From contig NC_058130.1 in the NCBI RefSeq assembly GCF_016433145.1, positions 183,547,172 to 183,580,171 of the forward strand: a DNA stretch of 33,000 nt, written 5' to 3'. Positions 21,776 to 32,536 of the stretch are shown piece after piece. The first letter of the stretch is position 1. Every line of letters begins with the position of its first letter. The position numbers were made by a program, and so were the translations under genes. This DNA comes from Gracilinanus agilis (taxonomy: Eukaryota). The notes below the pieces were generated by a model. The model had not been told where the DNA came from, searched no databases, and was given only the letters and a program-made list of their open reading frames with translations.

Positions 21776-22589
21776 GGAATTTGAATCCCATGCTTCTTTT
21801 TCCAAATCTAATGTTCCTTCTACTATATGCCACTCTATAGAGAGTTAGTCCCTTGCCCAATGTTTTTGTATGTGTTACAAGTATTAGGAGCTTGGAGCAT
21901 TTATTTATGAAATTAGAAAATGCCCAATCCTACTCCTCTCCTTATCCCCTCCCCATTACGGCTTTTTTGGTTAAAATAAAACATAAAAAATTATGCTTTC
22001 TAGACATCTAAGTTCATGTACCTCTTGGTGCATAATGACTGGCTTATTTAGCTACTGGTTTATTTTTTCTCTAGTAAGAAGCTTCTGTTTTATCTCAGAT
22101 GTTAACAAAGTTGTTACTATTTAATTATGTGTAGAATGAATAATAAAAACTCTCAGAAAATTCAGTCTCTTAGAGTCCAACAAATAAGCAAGGAGTATAA
22201 TCAGTATTCTGTGTTTTCACTCCCTATGTCAATCAACATACACTGAGTAAAGTACAGTGTCAGAGAAGTAGAATATAAACAATAAATACAAATAACATGT
22301 GACTGATCAAACATAAAGGAGAAAAACCTGCAGCTCTTCTGAGGGAGAGGTATTAGTTCTAAAATCAAATGAGTGGCAATTTAATACCCTACAAGAAAAA
22401 CATGCTTTTCTGTTATTGTCAGTAAATACAATTTCCAAATTAAAGAAAAATTATCTTTCAAAATATTTGCTAACAAAACTCATTTTTAAATCTATAACAA
22501 TTATGGTTTATTTTCAGAATTGCTATGCCATCACAGATTTTAAACTAGTCTTTATGAAAATTAACAGGAAAATATGAAGTTCTTGTTGC

Positions 22590-22680
22590 ATAAGAAAGGA
22601 CCTTGGAAACCATATAGTCCCAAACCTTTTAATGTACAAATTAGAAAACAAAGGTCCAGAGGGGTGAATTGATTCATTCC
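22590..22680 (-). mobile_element. MIR fragment
   Basis: gaaaggaccttggaaaccatatagtcccaaacc..gaaaacaaaggtccagaggggtgaattga. Confidence 0.45.
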
Positions 22681-22859
22681 AGTATTCCATTGAAAGACTA
22701 TACTTTCTATATGCAAGGGAATTTGGGTTCCCAAACCCACTGTTTTTATCTAGACACTATGCTACTACTACTACATACAGCTAAATATTTCTCTTGAAGA
22801 AGTTATTCTCTAGTATTCTGAAAAAGTTAATATCTGAAGATGATAAAAGTAGCTTGCCT

Positions 22860-23058
22860 ACTTTTAGTGGCTTTTAAATTGACAAAGAACTTCAGAATAA
22901 AATCCTCTGAGCTGTGGGCATTATGATTTAGATTTTTCAGAAAAGGAAACCTAAGATATAAAGAAGTAAAATGATTGGCTCAAGCTGACACTCATAATTA
23001 GTAGCAGAGCCAAGACCAGGGCCCAGTTTTTCAGACTTCAAATGTACTGCTCTTTCCA
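22860..23058 (-). mobile_element. MIR
   Basis: tttttcagaaaaggaaacctaag..gaagtaaaatgattggctcaagctgacac..agtagcagagcc..cagacttcaaatgtactgctctttcca. Confidence 0.6.
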
Positions 23059-23375
23059 ATTCAACTTACCTTGAAGGCAATAAAAACAAGAAGGGGGGCA
23101 TAGGGGATATACTATAAAGACCACACAAATCTTAAAAATGTTTTCAGATATTTGTAAAAGGGGTTCTTATGTAAAAGAAGGCAAATTAACTTAATGGTTA
23201 AGTACGCTTTGTCAGCAAATATTTTCCCCATCAAAGTCTTATTCTAATGCCTAATTACAGGATAAAAAAGAGGTTCTGTTCATAATATCAAAGATTCTAC
23301 AACACATTGAGAAGTAAAAGATGCTCAAAGTTCATCTACTCCAACCTTCTCATTTTATAGATGAGGGAAAGAGGG

Positions 23376-23394
23376 ACTTCCGGGTTAAGATGGC
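23376..23394 (+). promoter_or_regulatory. L1 internal promoter motifs: ETS-like ACTTCCGG and YY1-like AAGATGGC
   Basis: ACTTCCGG at 23376-23383 and AAGATGGC at 23387-23394; a YY1 site at this position is established for mammalian L1. Confidence 0.5.
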
Positions 23395-23848
23395 TGCAGA
23401 GTAGAAGCAATATGCTTAACCTCTCCTAACCCACATATACAAGACTTCTCAAGAAGAGACCAGGGCCTGCTCCTCAGAGCAGTAAGATTTAAGACCCCAA
23501 GAGGCTAAAGAATGCAGACTTTGAACACAGACCTTGAGCGCAGATGCAGACCTTGGGTGGGGACTCAGTGCAGAGGGGTGCATGACTGTGGAAGCAGCAC
23601 CCTGAGACTATTAAAGGAGCCTCGGGCAGAGGAGCAAGCAAGGGGACCACCAGGAGGCTTGACTCTGAGAACAGCTAGACTTAAGACCCCAGGAGCCTAA
23701 AGAGCGCAAACCGTGGGCTCAAGGATAAAGCTGAGAGGGGAAGCACTGCGCTGTGACTTAGGCAAAAACTACTCTACAGTTCGATAGACAGAGAGCCTGT
23801 CTGCCTCACCCAGACTTCTGACTGAGAAAGAAAAACAGCATAATAATA

Positions 23849-24909
23849 ATGGCAAGCCATGCACAAGAATATCCAAAGAGAAAGATCAAGAAGAAATCTT
23901 TAACACTCGATAACTTTTACAAAAAAAATCCAGACAACAGAGCAAACAGCAGAGGAGAACAAACAAGTAATCACATCCAAACCTTCCCAAAAAAATGAAT
24001 ATTGGTCACAAGCTCTTGAAGAGTTCAAATCTGAGATCATGAGAAAGATGGAAGAGATTTGGCAAGAAAAGCCGGAAATAGCTCAAAAGGAAATTAACAG
24101 GTTAAAAGACAGAAACTCCCAACTGGAGAAAGATGCCCAAAAGTCAAATGAAATTATAATTAGCAGGAAACCATGAAAAACAGAATAGACCAAATCTAAA
24201 AGGAAAATCAAAAGATTATAGCAGAAAACCAGTCTCTAAAGACCAGAATTGGGCAAGAAGAAACCAATTATCTCTCAAGACAGCAAGAACTAATAAAGCA
24301 AAGTCAAAAGACTAATAAAATAGAAGGAAACATGAAATATCTCAATGAGAAATTAACAGATCAAGAAAACAGGTCTAGAAGAGACAATTTGAGAATCATT
24401 GGTCTTCCTGAAAAAGCAGAAATTAATAGAAATTTGGACACCATACTACAAGAAATTATCCAAGTAAACTGTCCTGATGTTCTTCAACAAGAGGGCAATA
24501 CAGACATTGAAAGGATCCATAGATCACCCTCTACACTAAAACCCTGAAAAGACAACCGCCAGGAATATAATAGCCAAATTCAAGAGCTTCCAAGTAAAAG
24601 AAAAAATTTTACAAGAAGCCAGAAAGAGACAATTCAGATATCAAGGAGCACCATTCAGGATCACACAGGATCTGGCAGCCTCCACACTAAAAGAATGCAA
24701 GGCATGGAATATGATATTCAGAAAGGCAAGAGAACTGGGTATACAACCAAGGATCACCTACCCATCAAAATTGACTACATACTTCCAGGGGAAAGTATGG
24801 GCATTCAACAAGATAGAAGATTTCCAAGTTTGCACAGAAAAGACCAGGACTAAATGGAAAGTTTGATATCCAACCACAAAAACCAAGAGAAACATGAAAA
24901 GGTAAATAA
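23849..24909 (+). pseudogene. L1 ORF1p remnant (frameshifts and stops)
   Basis: MASHAQEYPKRKIKKKSLTLDNFY..; ENRSRRDNLRIIGLPE..IERIHRSP; RNIIAKFKSFQVKEKILQEARKRQF..ITQDLAASTL..QPRITYPSKL; ends KGK*. Confidence 0.92.
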
Positions 24910-25064
24910 GAAACAGAGGGGAAAGAAAGAAAACTCGTATTTTTAAATTTGCCTCTTTAAGGGCTTCAATAAGATCAAATTATTTGTATTCCTATATGTA
25001 GAAATGTTATGTATAGATGAGGAAAAACAGGAGGACATCCAAGGTCACGTAAAAAGTAAGTTGA

Positions 25065-25225
25065 GGGGCAGCTAGGTGACTCATTGGATAGAGTGTGAGG
25101 TCTGGAGTTGGAATGACCTGAGTTCAACTCTAGCTTCAAACATTTCCTAGTTGTGTGACCCCGGGCAAATCACTTAACCCCAATTGCATAGCCCTTCCCA
25201 CTCTTCTGCCATAGAACTGATACCA
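25065..25225 (+). mobile_element. marsupial CORE-SINE (Mar1-like)
   Basis: ggggcagctaggtgactcattggatagag..tgtgtgaccccgggcaaatcacttaaccccaattgcatagcccttcccactcttctgcc. Confidence 0.88.
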
Positions 25226-25805
25226 AGTAAGCAAATGTAGATGAAGTAAATCAAAACATCCCAATCTCCTGGCTACAAATCCAGTACTCTTTCAATTGTA
25301 CCCTTCTGCCTCTATCTCTGGCAGGACTTAGCCAGACTGGAATAGATCTGACTACAAGACCAGCAACAGACTATGTGTCTTTTGTCCAAAAAAGTCTGAA
25401 AAGGCTCATCACCAGAAAGTTACCCACTGTGAAGGGTTAAAATTTTGGGGTAGGAGTTTGATACAAGAAAGGAGTGCAATTGGATGAACCACAAACACTT
25501 ATTTATTTTGAGGACAAGTTAGGATAGGAAATAGAAGGGAGGAAAGTGAAATGATCACTCTGAAATCTTATAACTGTGCCTAAAATCCAAATCCTATACT
25601 AAAATTTCTAAGAAACTCTAAATCTAACTGCCTTCTTGGGCAGGATCTTTTCTTGCCTGACAAAGCAGGCCTATCTTACCTACACTACTCCTATCTCTCT
25701 ACCTAAGCTATTCAATGAACATTAATCACTAACATCTCCTTAAAGCAGTTCTTCTTCCTCAACTGTAAATAGTGAAACTGCCTGTCACAGAGAGAGACAG
25801 AGGCA

Positions 25806-25895
25806 CAGACTCCTGCTCCCTCAAAGTTCTGAGGATAAAAAGCCCTCAGAGCCAGACTCCTTCTCCCTCAAAGTTCTGTGGAAAAAAAGCCCCAA
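25806..25895. repeat. two-copy ~47-bp tandem repeat within the LTR
   Basis: cagactcctgctccctcaaagttctgaggataaaaagccc vs cagactccttctccctcaaagttctgtggaaaaaaagccc. Confidence 0.9.
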
Positions 25896-25966
25896 ATGTC
25901 AACTCATTCCTTCCTTATAAATTCTGCTCTTAAAGAGACAGAGTGAGATTAAGAAAAATCTTTTTA

Positions 25967-26169
25967 GGGGGCAGCTGGGTGACTCAGTGGACTGAGAGCC
26001 AGGCCTAGAGACAAGAGGTCCTAGGTTCAAATCTGGCCTCAGACACTTCTTAGCTGTGTGATCCTGGGCAAGTCACTTGAGCCTCATTGCCTAGCCCTTA
26101 CCACTCTTCTGCCTTGGAGCCAATATACAGTATTAACCCCAAGAAAGAAGGTATGGGTTTAAAAAAAAA
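25967..26169 (+). mobile_element. full-length SINE1_Mdo-like SINE
   Basis: ggggcagctgggtgactcagtggactgagagccaggcctagagac..ttggagccaatatacagtatt..gaaggtatgggtttaaaaaaaaa. Confidence 0.95.
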
Positions 26170-26249
26170 CTCCTTTTAACACCACCAAATAATGAATGTT
26201 GAAAATTAATTGTAAAAAGCATATTAAGACTTTTAATAATATTTTAATT

Positions 26250-26392
26250 TTCCCCAGGTACATGTAAAAATAATTTTTAACATTTTTTTTAATTGTAAGT
26301 TCCAAATTCTCTCCCTCTATTCCTTATTTTCTCCCCTCTCTCTTCCCTGGGACAGTAAACAATCTGAAATAGATTTTACATGTATAATGAAA
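26250..26392 (-). mobile_element. old L1 3' end
   Basis: ttttccccaggtacatgtaaaaataatttttaacatt..gttccaaattctctccctc..gacagtaaacaatctg. Confidence 0.7.
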
Positions 26393-26399
26393 AGCATAG

Positions 26400-26600
26400 T
26401 AAGTTTTGCAAAGGACTTTATGTATATTATCACATTTGAATGTCATAATAACAATGTAAGGCATGGAACATTGGTATCTATTTTACAGAGGAGGAAAATT
26501 ATACTAAAGGGTTTAATAACTTACCACATGGTTCCAGAATTAGTGTCAGAGGCAGAATCCAAATACAAATCTTCCTAAGTCCTGCATTCCGTTCATTATG
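26400..26600 (-). mobile_element. MIR
   Basis: aagttttgcaaaggactttatgtatattatcacatttgaa..attttacagaggaggaaa..tagtgtcagaggcagaatccaaa. Confidence 0.75.
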
Positions 26601-27254
26601 AATACTCTCTACTAAGACATGCATAGGATACAATCTGTACTCACATCATTGAAATCATACCAAAAGTGCTGATGTTTTATCCCCATTAATACCAAAAATG
26701 CTGATATTCTAATTATTTCTAACAAAATCAATGTTCTCTGCATTAAATACACTCAGAATAGTTGGTCAATTTTCTCCCATACTTGTCTGATGATATAATT
26801 ACAGAAGACAGACTGCAAATTGAAAAAGCTCTTGGGGGACGGGGGGATTGATTTGGGGGAAAAAACAACAAATCTCTTCTTTAAGCTTTGTCATCAAAAC
26901 CCAAAATTATGTTTCACTGAAAACAAAGGAAATGTAATATCCTTTGTTTCTGGGAGCTTTTTGTTATTGTTGTTCAGAAAGCTGCCAATTTTAGTAAAAA
27001 CATTTATATCCTTTTAAACTTAGAAACCACTTTCCAGTTCTTAGTCATCTCAGTGTGACATACCTGTTTTGAAGGATCCTTGGTAAGTACTTTGAAATTA
27101 AGTGGTTATTTTGTGGTTGTTTGAATTTTATGACCCAAAAAGCAAATGAGCTTTTCTGTCTAAATTATTATTGAATAAATTTCCAAGTTCTAGGGAAAGA
27201 GAGAGTCTATTGCAGGGTGACAAGATTGCCTTCCTTTTTTTTCTTTTTCCCCCT

Positions 27255-27327
27255 TTTTTTGTATCCCCAGAACTTACCATAGTGCTTGGCACATAGTAAG
27301 CATTTAAATAAATGTTTCTTGATTTGA
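27255..27327 (+). mobile_element. L2 3' end
   Basis: tttgtatccccagaacttaccatagtgcttggcacatagtaagcatttaaataaatgttt. Confidence 0.8.
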
Positions 27328-27423
27328 CAAGGATTTAAAGTAGCATAAATTTCAAAGCTGGCTTCAAAGATTTTCTAACTTTAATAAAAGGAAGTGAACC
27401 TAGAATTAGAAACAGAATGTTGT

Positions 27424-27634
27424 GGGGGCAGCTTGGTAACTCAGTAAATTGAGAGCCAGGCCTAGAGATGGGAGGTCCTAGGTTCAAATCTGGTCTCAGA
27501 CACTTCCTAGCTGTTTGACCCTGTGCAAGTCACTTAACCCCCATTGCCTACCCCTTACTACTCTTCTGCCTTGGAACCAATACATAGTATTGATTCTAAG
27601 GTGGAAGGTAAGGGTTTAAATAAAAAACAAAAAC
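27424..27634 (+). mobile_element. full-length SINE1_Mdo-like SINE with TSD
   Basis: Matches the consensus end to end; TSD gaatgttg at 27415-27422 and 27639-27646. Confidence 0.95.
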
Positions 27635-27834
27635 ACCTGAATGTTGGGTTTTATGGCACCATACTATTCAGTTATTCCTTAAAAAGACACAGCATCCTCA
27701 AACCCACTAATAACAAAGCAAAAAAAATTTTAGCGCAATCAAGAAGCCAAATTTCATTTCCTCCCTAAGTGAAAAGTACTTACTGATTGTACAAACCTCA
27801 GAAAGCCAAGAGAAGACAGTATTGGTTCCAAGGT

Positions 27835-27976
27835 ACAAGAGTTGCAAGAGCAAGGCAATGGGGGTTAAATGACTTGCCCAGAATCACATAGCAAGAAAAT
27901 ATCTGAGGCCATATTTTAACCTGGGACCTCCCATCTACAATTCATGTTCTATATCCATTGAGCCACTTAGCTGCCA
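27835..27976 (-). mobile_element. older SINE1_Mdo/Mar1-like SINE
   Basis: aggcaatgggggttaaatgacttgcccagaatcacatag..tctgaggcc..ctgggacctcccatct..ccattgagccacttagctgcca. Confidence 0.88.
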
Positions 27977-28646
27977 TCTATGTCTTTTTAATGGCTGTTC
28001 TCTAGGCCTAAATGCTCTGACTCCTTATCTTAACCTCCTAGTATCTCTTGATTCCTTTAAGACTCAGGCCAAATTCGGGGAACATAGAAAAGTTTAAGGA
28101 AGGATTCATGACCAAACAAGACACAGAGAACATTACAAAATATGAAATGGATAATTTTTATTAAAATTGAAAGGTTTTGAACAAATAAAACCAATGCAAT
28201 GAAGATTAGAAGGGAAATTGAAAATTTGGCGGGGAAATTTTATAGCAAGTGTCTCTGACAAAAGCCTCATTTCTCAAATGTATAAAGAACGGAGTGAAAT
28301 TTAAAAGACTACCACAGCATTCCCCAAATGAAAAATGATCAATGAATATGAATGAGTTCTCAGAAGAAATTAAAACTATCCCTAGTCATATTAAAAAATG
28401 ATCCAAATCACTACTGATTAAAGAAATGCAAATTAAAATAATTCTGATATGCCACATTACACCTATCAGATAGCTAACATGACCAAACAGGAAAATGCTA
28501 AATAATGGGGCTGGAAGGAGAAAAATGGAAAATTGGAACACTAATATAATGTTACTGAAACTGTGAACTAAGACAACCATTCTGGAAAGCAATATGAAAC
28601 CAGACTTGAATGACCATAAAACTATGCATATATCCTTTGACCCAAC

Positions 28647-29097
28647 ACATAATTTTTGTAAAATCCAAGATTTAAAACATTTTGAGAGAAATTTCAAGAA
28701 AAGAAACTCACTAACTCCTCAAATCAAGAAAGTGAACTGTTTGGAGAAAAATGCCATAAAGAAACCTACACTGCATCAGAAGATTCAGAATGAACTTTGG
28801 GATGTAATTGATTGAACTAAAGGGGTTGAACATATTTATTCTGAATATAAACACTTATGCCAAAGGGGATTGCCCCCTAACTGGCTTTTTGTCAATGTGC
28901 CTAGCAAACATTGGTTTTGTTCTCTCTCTCTCTCTCTTTCCCTCTTCTATTTCCCTTTTATCTCCGACTATTGTAGTTTCCTCTTAGAAAGTACAATATT
29001 GTATATACCTTTAGCTTGAAGATCTTTAGAGGTATAAGCTAGTTATGTTAAATGATTCATTGGGGAAATTAGTCTCCCAAAGAGTCACAGGTGGGAT
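28647..29097 (+). mobile_element. ERV internal 3' fragment ending in a polypurine-tract-like sequence
   Basis: Non-L1 sequence interrupting the L1; agagtcacaggtgggat immediately precedes the TG of the LTR. Confidence 0.55.
28921..28937. repeat. (TC)8 microsatellite
   Basis: tctctctctctctctct. Confidence 0.9.
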
Positions 29098-29754
29098 TGT
29101 GAAGCTAGGATTAACTCTCCCCTGTCTATTTTTAGCTAATCAAATGGAGAACTCAAAGCACCCCTATTTACCATTAAGTATGAGACTTCACAAGTCACTT
29201 ACTAGAGTAAGCTCACACCTCCAAAGGCCACTGCCTCACCCCACCTTGGAAAGTGCTAGGCAAATTGAAAGCCTGCCATTGGTTTCTGTGAAGAGGAGGA
29301 GAGCAGGAAGTAACATGGAAAAAGGAGCATAAAAGAAGAGACCAGCATAGTCTAGGGACCATTCCTTTCCTGGCATTTGGAAAGATTGGCTGAGACTCCT
29401 GCTTTGGCTTTGTAGGAGAGTTTTTCCCTGAATCTGCATTGGCTTGCTGGGCGAGTGGCTAAGATTCCTGCCTTGGCTTTGGAGGAGACTGCATTGGTGG
29501 AACTTTGGCTGAGGATTACCGGGAAATCCACTGGAGCCCAACTTCACCAGAGAAGGGCTGGTAGGTTTGTTAAGACTCTGTCTCTTATCTTCATTTTTCC
29601 ACTTTCACTCTTTCCAACTCTTTGTAAATAAAAGCTGCTAACAGTCATTTTGACTTAAGCTATAATATTTTAAAGTCAGTGACCACAGTATTATTTTATA
29701 ATGCTCATAGTCATAATGCTCATAGGTCATAAAAACCTAAATTTAAGTCTTATA
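29098..29754 (+). mobile_element. ERV 3' LTR (right end approximate)
   Basis: Starts tgtgaagc; TATA-like gcataaaag at 29317-29325; AATAAA at 29627-29632; internal duplications gactcctgctttggcttt/gattcctgccttggcttt and (ataatgctcatag)x2. Confidence 0.75.
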
Positions 29755-30429
29755 CCAGTGATACTGCTACAGAATCTGTATTCCAAAGAGATCAGAGATA
29801 AGGGAAAAGGACCTAACCATACAAAAATATTTGTAGGAGCTCTTTTTTGTAGTGGAAAATATTTCGAAACTATGGGGTTGTTCATCACTTGGTAAATGGA
29901 TGAACAAGTTGTGGTATATGGTTATAATAGAATAGTATTACACCATAAGAAACAACAAACAGCATAAAGTTCAAAAAAACCTCAAAAGATTTATATGAAA
30001 CGAAACAAAGTAAACAGCAGAACTTACAGTAACAGAAATATTAACAATGATCAACTGTGAAGGACTAAACCATTACCAGCAAAGCAAGTCTCCACGATAA
30101 CCTCAAGATACTTATGATGAAAATGTTATCCATAGCCAAAGAAGAAACTATTGGAACCTAAGTGCAGATCAATGCATGCCATCTTCCACTATATTTCCTT
30201 CATAAAATTGCTACTGTATTTGTGATATGTGTCTTCTATCTTGACATGAGCAATATGGAAATATGTATTATATGAAAGTATAGGCATAACATATATCAGA
30301 TAATTCACCACCTTAGAAAGGAAAGGGGAGGTAGGGACAATAGGGAGGGAGAAAAGCTGAATTTTAAAATGTCAAAAAATATTGTCAAAAAATTGTTTCT
30401 ACATGTAACTGAAAAATAAAAAATATAGT

Positions 30430-30576
30430 ATTGGTATAACCTATATCAGATGGTTTACTCCCTTCAGGTAGGGAGAAGAATGAGAGGCAGAAAATCTGAA
30501 TCCTGAAATGTCAGAAAACAATTGTGAAAAATTGGTACTACATGTAATTGAAAAAAATTAATTAACTTTTTAAAAA
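30430..30576 (+). mobile_element. second L1 3' end, tandem to the previous one
   Basis: gtataacctatatcaga..gaaatgtcagaaaacaattgtgaaaaattggtactacatgtaattgaaaaaa. Confidence 0.7.
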
Positions 30577-30719
30577 GATAGCTCAAATCCTGCCTTCTAA
30601 AAGAAGCCCTTTCTCCCACTTCCTCCTCACCCCTTATGGCTAACAGCTTTCACTCTGAAAGTATCTTTCATTCACATTATATAGCTACATAGATAAATAG
30701 ACATCTTGAAGGTACACTT

Positions 30720-30849
30720 TTTTTTGTCTGCCCCATTAGAATATGAGCTCCTTGAGGGCAGGGATCATGATTTTGTTTTTCTTTGTATTTGCAGAACTTA
30801 GTATAGAAGCTGGCACAAAGTAGGTACTTAACAAATGTTTATTGACTGA
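30720..30849 (+). mobile_element. L2 3' end
   Basis: tgtctgccccattagaatatgagctccttgagggcaggga..ctggcacaaagtaggtacttaacaaatgtttattgactga. Confidence 0.88.
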
Positions 30850-30995
30850 GAGATTTGGATTCAAATTCTGACTCTGTCATTAACTACTCTATGAACTTGA
30901 GCAAGACACTTCCTCCTTTCACTCACGTTCAATTTCCAATTCTCTAAAATGCGGAGATCAGACTCAGTGATCCCTTTTAGCTCTAAATCTAGGAT
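30850..30995 (+). mobile_element. MIR
   Basis: agatttggattcaaattctgactctgtcattaact..ttgagcaagacactt..tcccttttagctctaaatct. Confidence 0.6.
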
Positions 30996-31870
30996 ACTGC
31001 AATCATCTGAAAGATAATTCATTATCTCTGATGGAGAGTGGGGAGAAGTTGGAAGAGGAGAGAAAAAAATTAAGAAACTAAAAAGAATAAAGACTGCTCT
31101 ATATCATATGCAGAAATATACAAACAACTAGACAACTGAGCATACATACCACTGAGAAGAAGAAGAACCTCAGACTCTTCAGCCAGAAATGAGTCTCATA
31201 CTCACCACATTCTTATTCTACACAAGTATATAAATAAGATTTTTGAAATGTCTTGACCAGAAGCACTACAGTTATATGATGATAAACATAAAGAGCCCAC
31301 AAGTCTTACTTCCCTGGTTTTCCCATCAATCGCCCTTGCTCATTAACCTTTCAGTTTTCTTGTCATAAGTTTTTTCCAGAGAAATCTGCTCACCTGCTTA
31401 AATGCCTCATCATTTTTACAAGAGATATTATCTAAATATATAACATGCAGAAATACAGCTGGGAAAGACTATTTTATAAAATCGGAACTGTCATCACACC
31501 CTTCACAAACCACATTTTCACCTGCTCATGTGATGCAGAATAGCAGAATCTTTGATATACACTTTAAAATTGTGCTGAGTGAAAAGCAGTTTGACAGTGA
31601 AAACTACTTTTGAACTGAAATATAATATTCAAACAGCCATGCCAGCCGAAATAATCTTTCTTCATCTTTATCCAAAGGATGGAAAAGTGTTTGTGGTATA
31701 AAACTCTAGACACATACAATCTAACCAACAAGTAACTACAATAACAGAAATGGGGGTGGGGGGCGGTGCAGGGACAATGGTACATTTGGCCTTCACAACA
31801 GTTCTACATACTCCTTTTAAAAACAGTACAATCTACCAAGATATCTTAACATCAAATAGACTGTTGAAAC

Positions 31871-31885
31871 TGTGTGTGTGTGTGT
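31871..31885. repeat. (TG)7 microsatellite
   Basis: tgtgtgtgtgtgtgt. Confidence 0.9.
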
Positions 31886-32124
31886 ATACACATATGTATC
31901 AATACATCCTTAACCAGAAACTAGTTGCTAACCTATAAACCTTAGGCTTAGAGAAATTAAAATCTCGAGGAAATTCATATATTCTCCTCTTAATGTATAG
32001 ACAGCATTTGGGTTTTTCAGGGTAATACAGAAAGGAGAAGAAATAGAGAACCTTCCCTATTGCCTTAAACAAGAAAGAATTTCTGCCACATATTTTAGAA
32101 GTTAATCATCTATAACTTTGTAGA

Positions 32125-32215
32125 TTATTTCAAGTGGATTGGTCTTCTTTCTCTAAGTTTAATTCCTGGAGGGCAAATACAATATGTATACCTTCTTTTA
32201 TTTCCCCTAAAGCTA
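32125..32215 (+). mobile_element. degraded L2 3' fragment
   Basis: tctttctctaagtttaattcctggagggcaaa..cttcttttatttcccctaaagct. Confidence 0.35.
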
Positions 32216-32379
32216 CTAGAATAGGAAAGATCATTTAACAAGGCAATCAATCTATACATATTAGCTCATAGATCAGCATCTCTCTTTTTAGAGGGATGTC
32301 TAAATGTATAAAGCTTGCAATCGAAGCGGTTCAAACCATAAGCTGACACTTTAATTAAGAACTCCATCCTAGTGTGACA

Positions 32380-32536
32380 AGGTGGGAGTTAGAGCACCTG
32401 ACTTGGAGTTAGGACCAAGGTTCAAATCTGACCTCAGACACTCCTTATCTGTGTGACCCAGGAGAAGTCTCTTAACCTCATTACCCTTAGAGTTGTTACT
32501 AAGATAGAAGATAGGAGTTTTCAAAAAAAAAAAAAA
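32380..32536 (+). mobile_element. CORE-SINE (Mar1-like) with A-tail
   Basis: agagcacctgacttggagttagga..ggttcaaatctgacctcagacact..tgtgtgacccagg..cttaacctc..aaaaaaaaaaaaaa. Confidence 0.75.

Larger units (their letters stand above)
23371..25011 (+). mobile_element. L1_Mdo-like LINE: intact 5' end, 5'UTR and ORF1, ending in the inter-ORF spacer
   Basis: Starts gagggacttccgggttaagatggc; ORF1 motifs present; flanked by tatagatgagggaaa (23356-23370) and tatagatgaggaaaa (25012-25026). Confidence 0.93.
23300..25305 (-). mobile_element. MIR split by L1 and SINE insertions (parts ~23300-23370, 25012-25064, ~25230-25305)
   Basis: catctactccaaccttctcattttatagatgagg | tatagatgaggaaaaacag..ccaaggtcac | caaatccagtactcttt. 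Confidence 0.7.
25428..26181 (-). mobile_element. solo LTR with a SINE inserted near one end
   Basis: tgtgaagggttaaaatt...cttttaaca; 4-bp TSD ccac (25424-25427, 26182-26185); minus-strand AATAAA at 25502-25507. Confidence 0.6.
28085..30425 (+). mobile_element. L1 ORF2 3' part and 3'UTR, split by an ERV fragment (L1 parts 28085-28646 and 29755-30425)
   Basis: aaagaaatgcaaattaaaa..ccattctggaaagcaat..tcctttgacccaaca | ccagtgatactgctac..tgtattccaaagagat..gaacaagttgtggtatatg. Confidence 0.88.

Noticed and set aside
22328-22388. Minus-strand 61-nt exon-like segment (VLNCHSFDFRTNTSPSEELQ)
   Set aside because: Donor CAG|GTTTTT is weak, length is not frame-preserving, and the peptide is not recognised
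25806-25895. Two-unit direct repeat considered as a CRISPR-like array
   Set aside because: Only two adjacent units with no spacers, inside an LTR of a mammalian genome; this is an ordinary LTR duplication
29045-29547. ORFs of 95 and 103 aa on opposite strands
   Set aside because: They lie inside an LTR and have no retroviral protein motifs
30285-30576. Apparent tandem duplication of an L1 3' end
   Set aside because: The copies are too diverged for a local duplication; a second L1 inserting at the A-rich tail of the first is the ordinary explanation
32310-32345. CpG-containing tcgaagcggttcaaacc with a B-box-like GTTCAAACC
   Set aside because: No A box or cloverleaf structure, so it cannot be called a tRNA or Pol III gene
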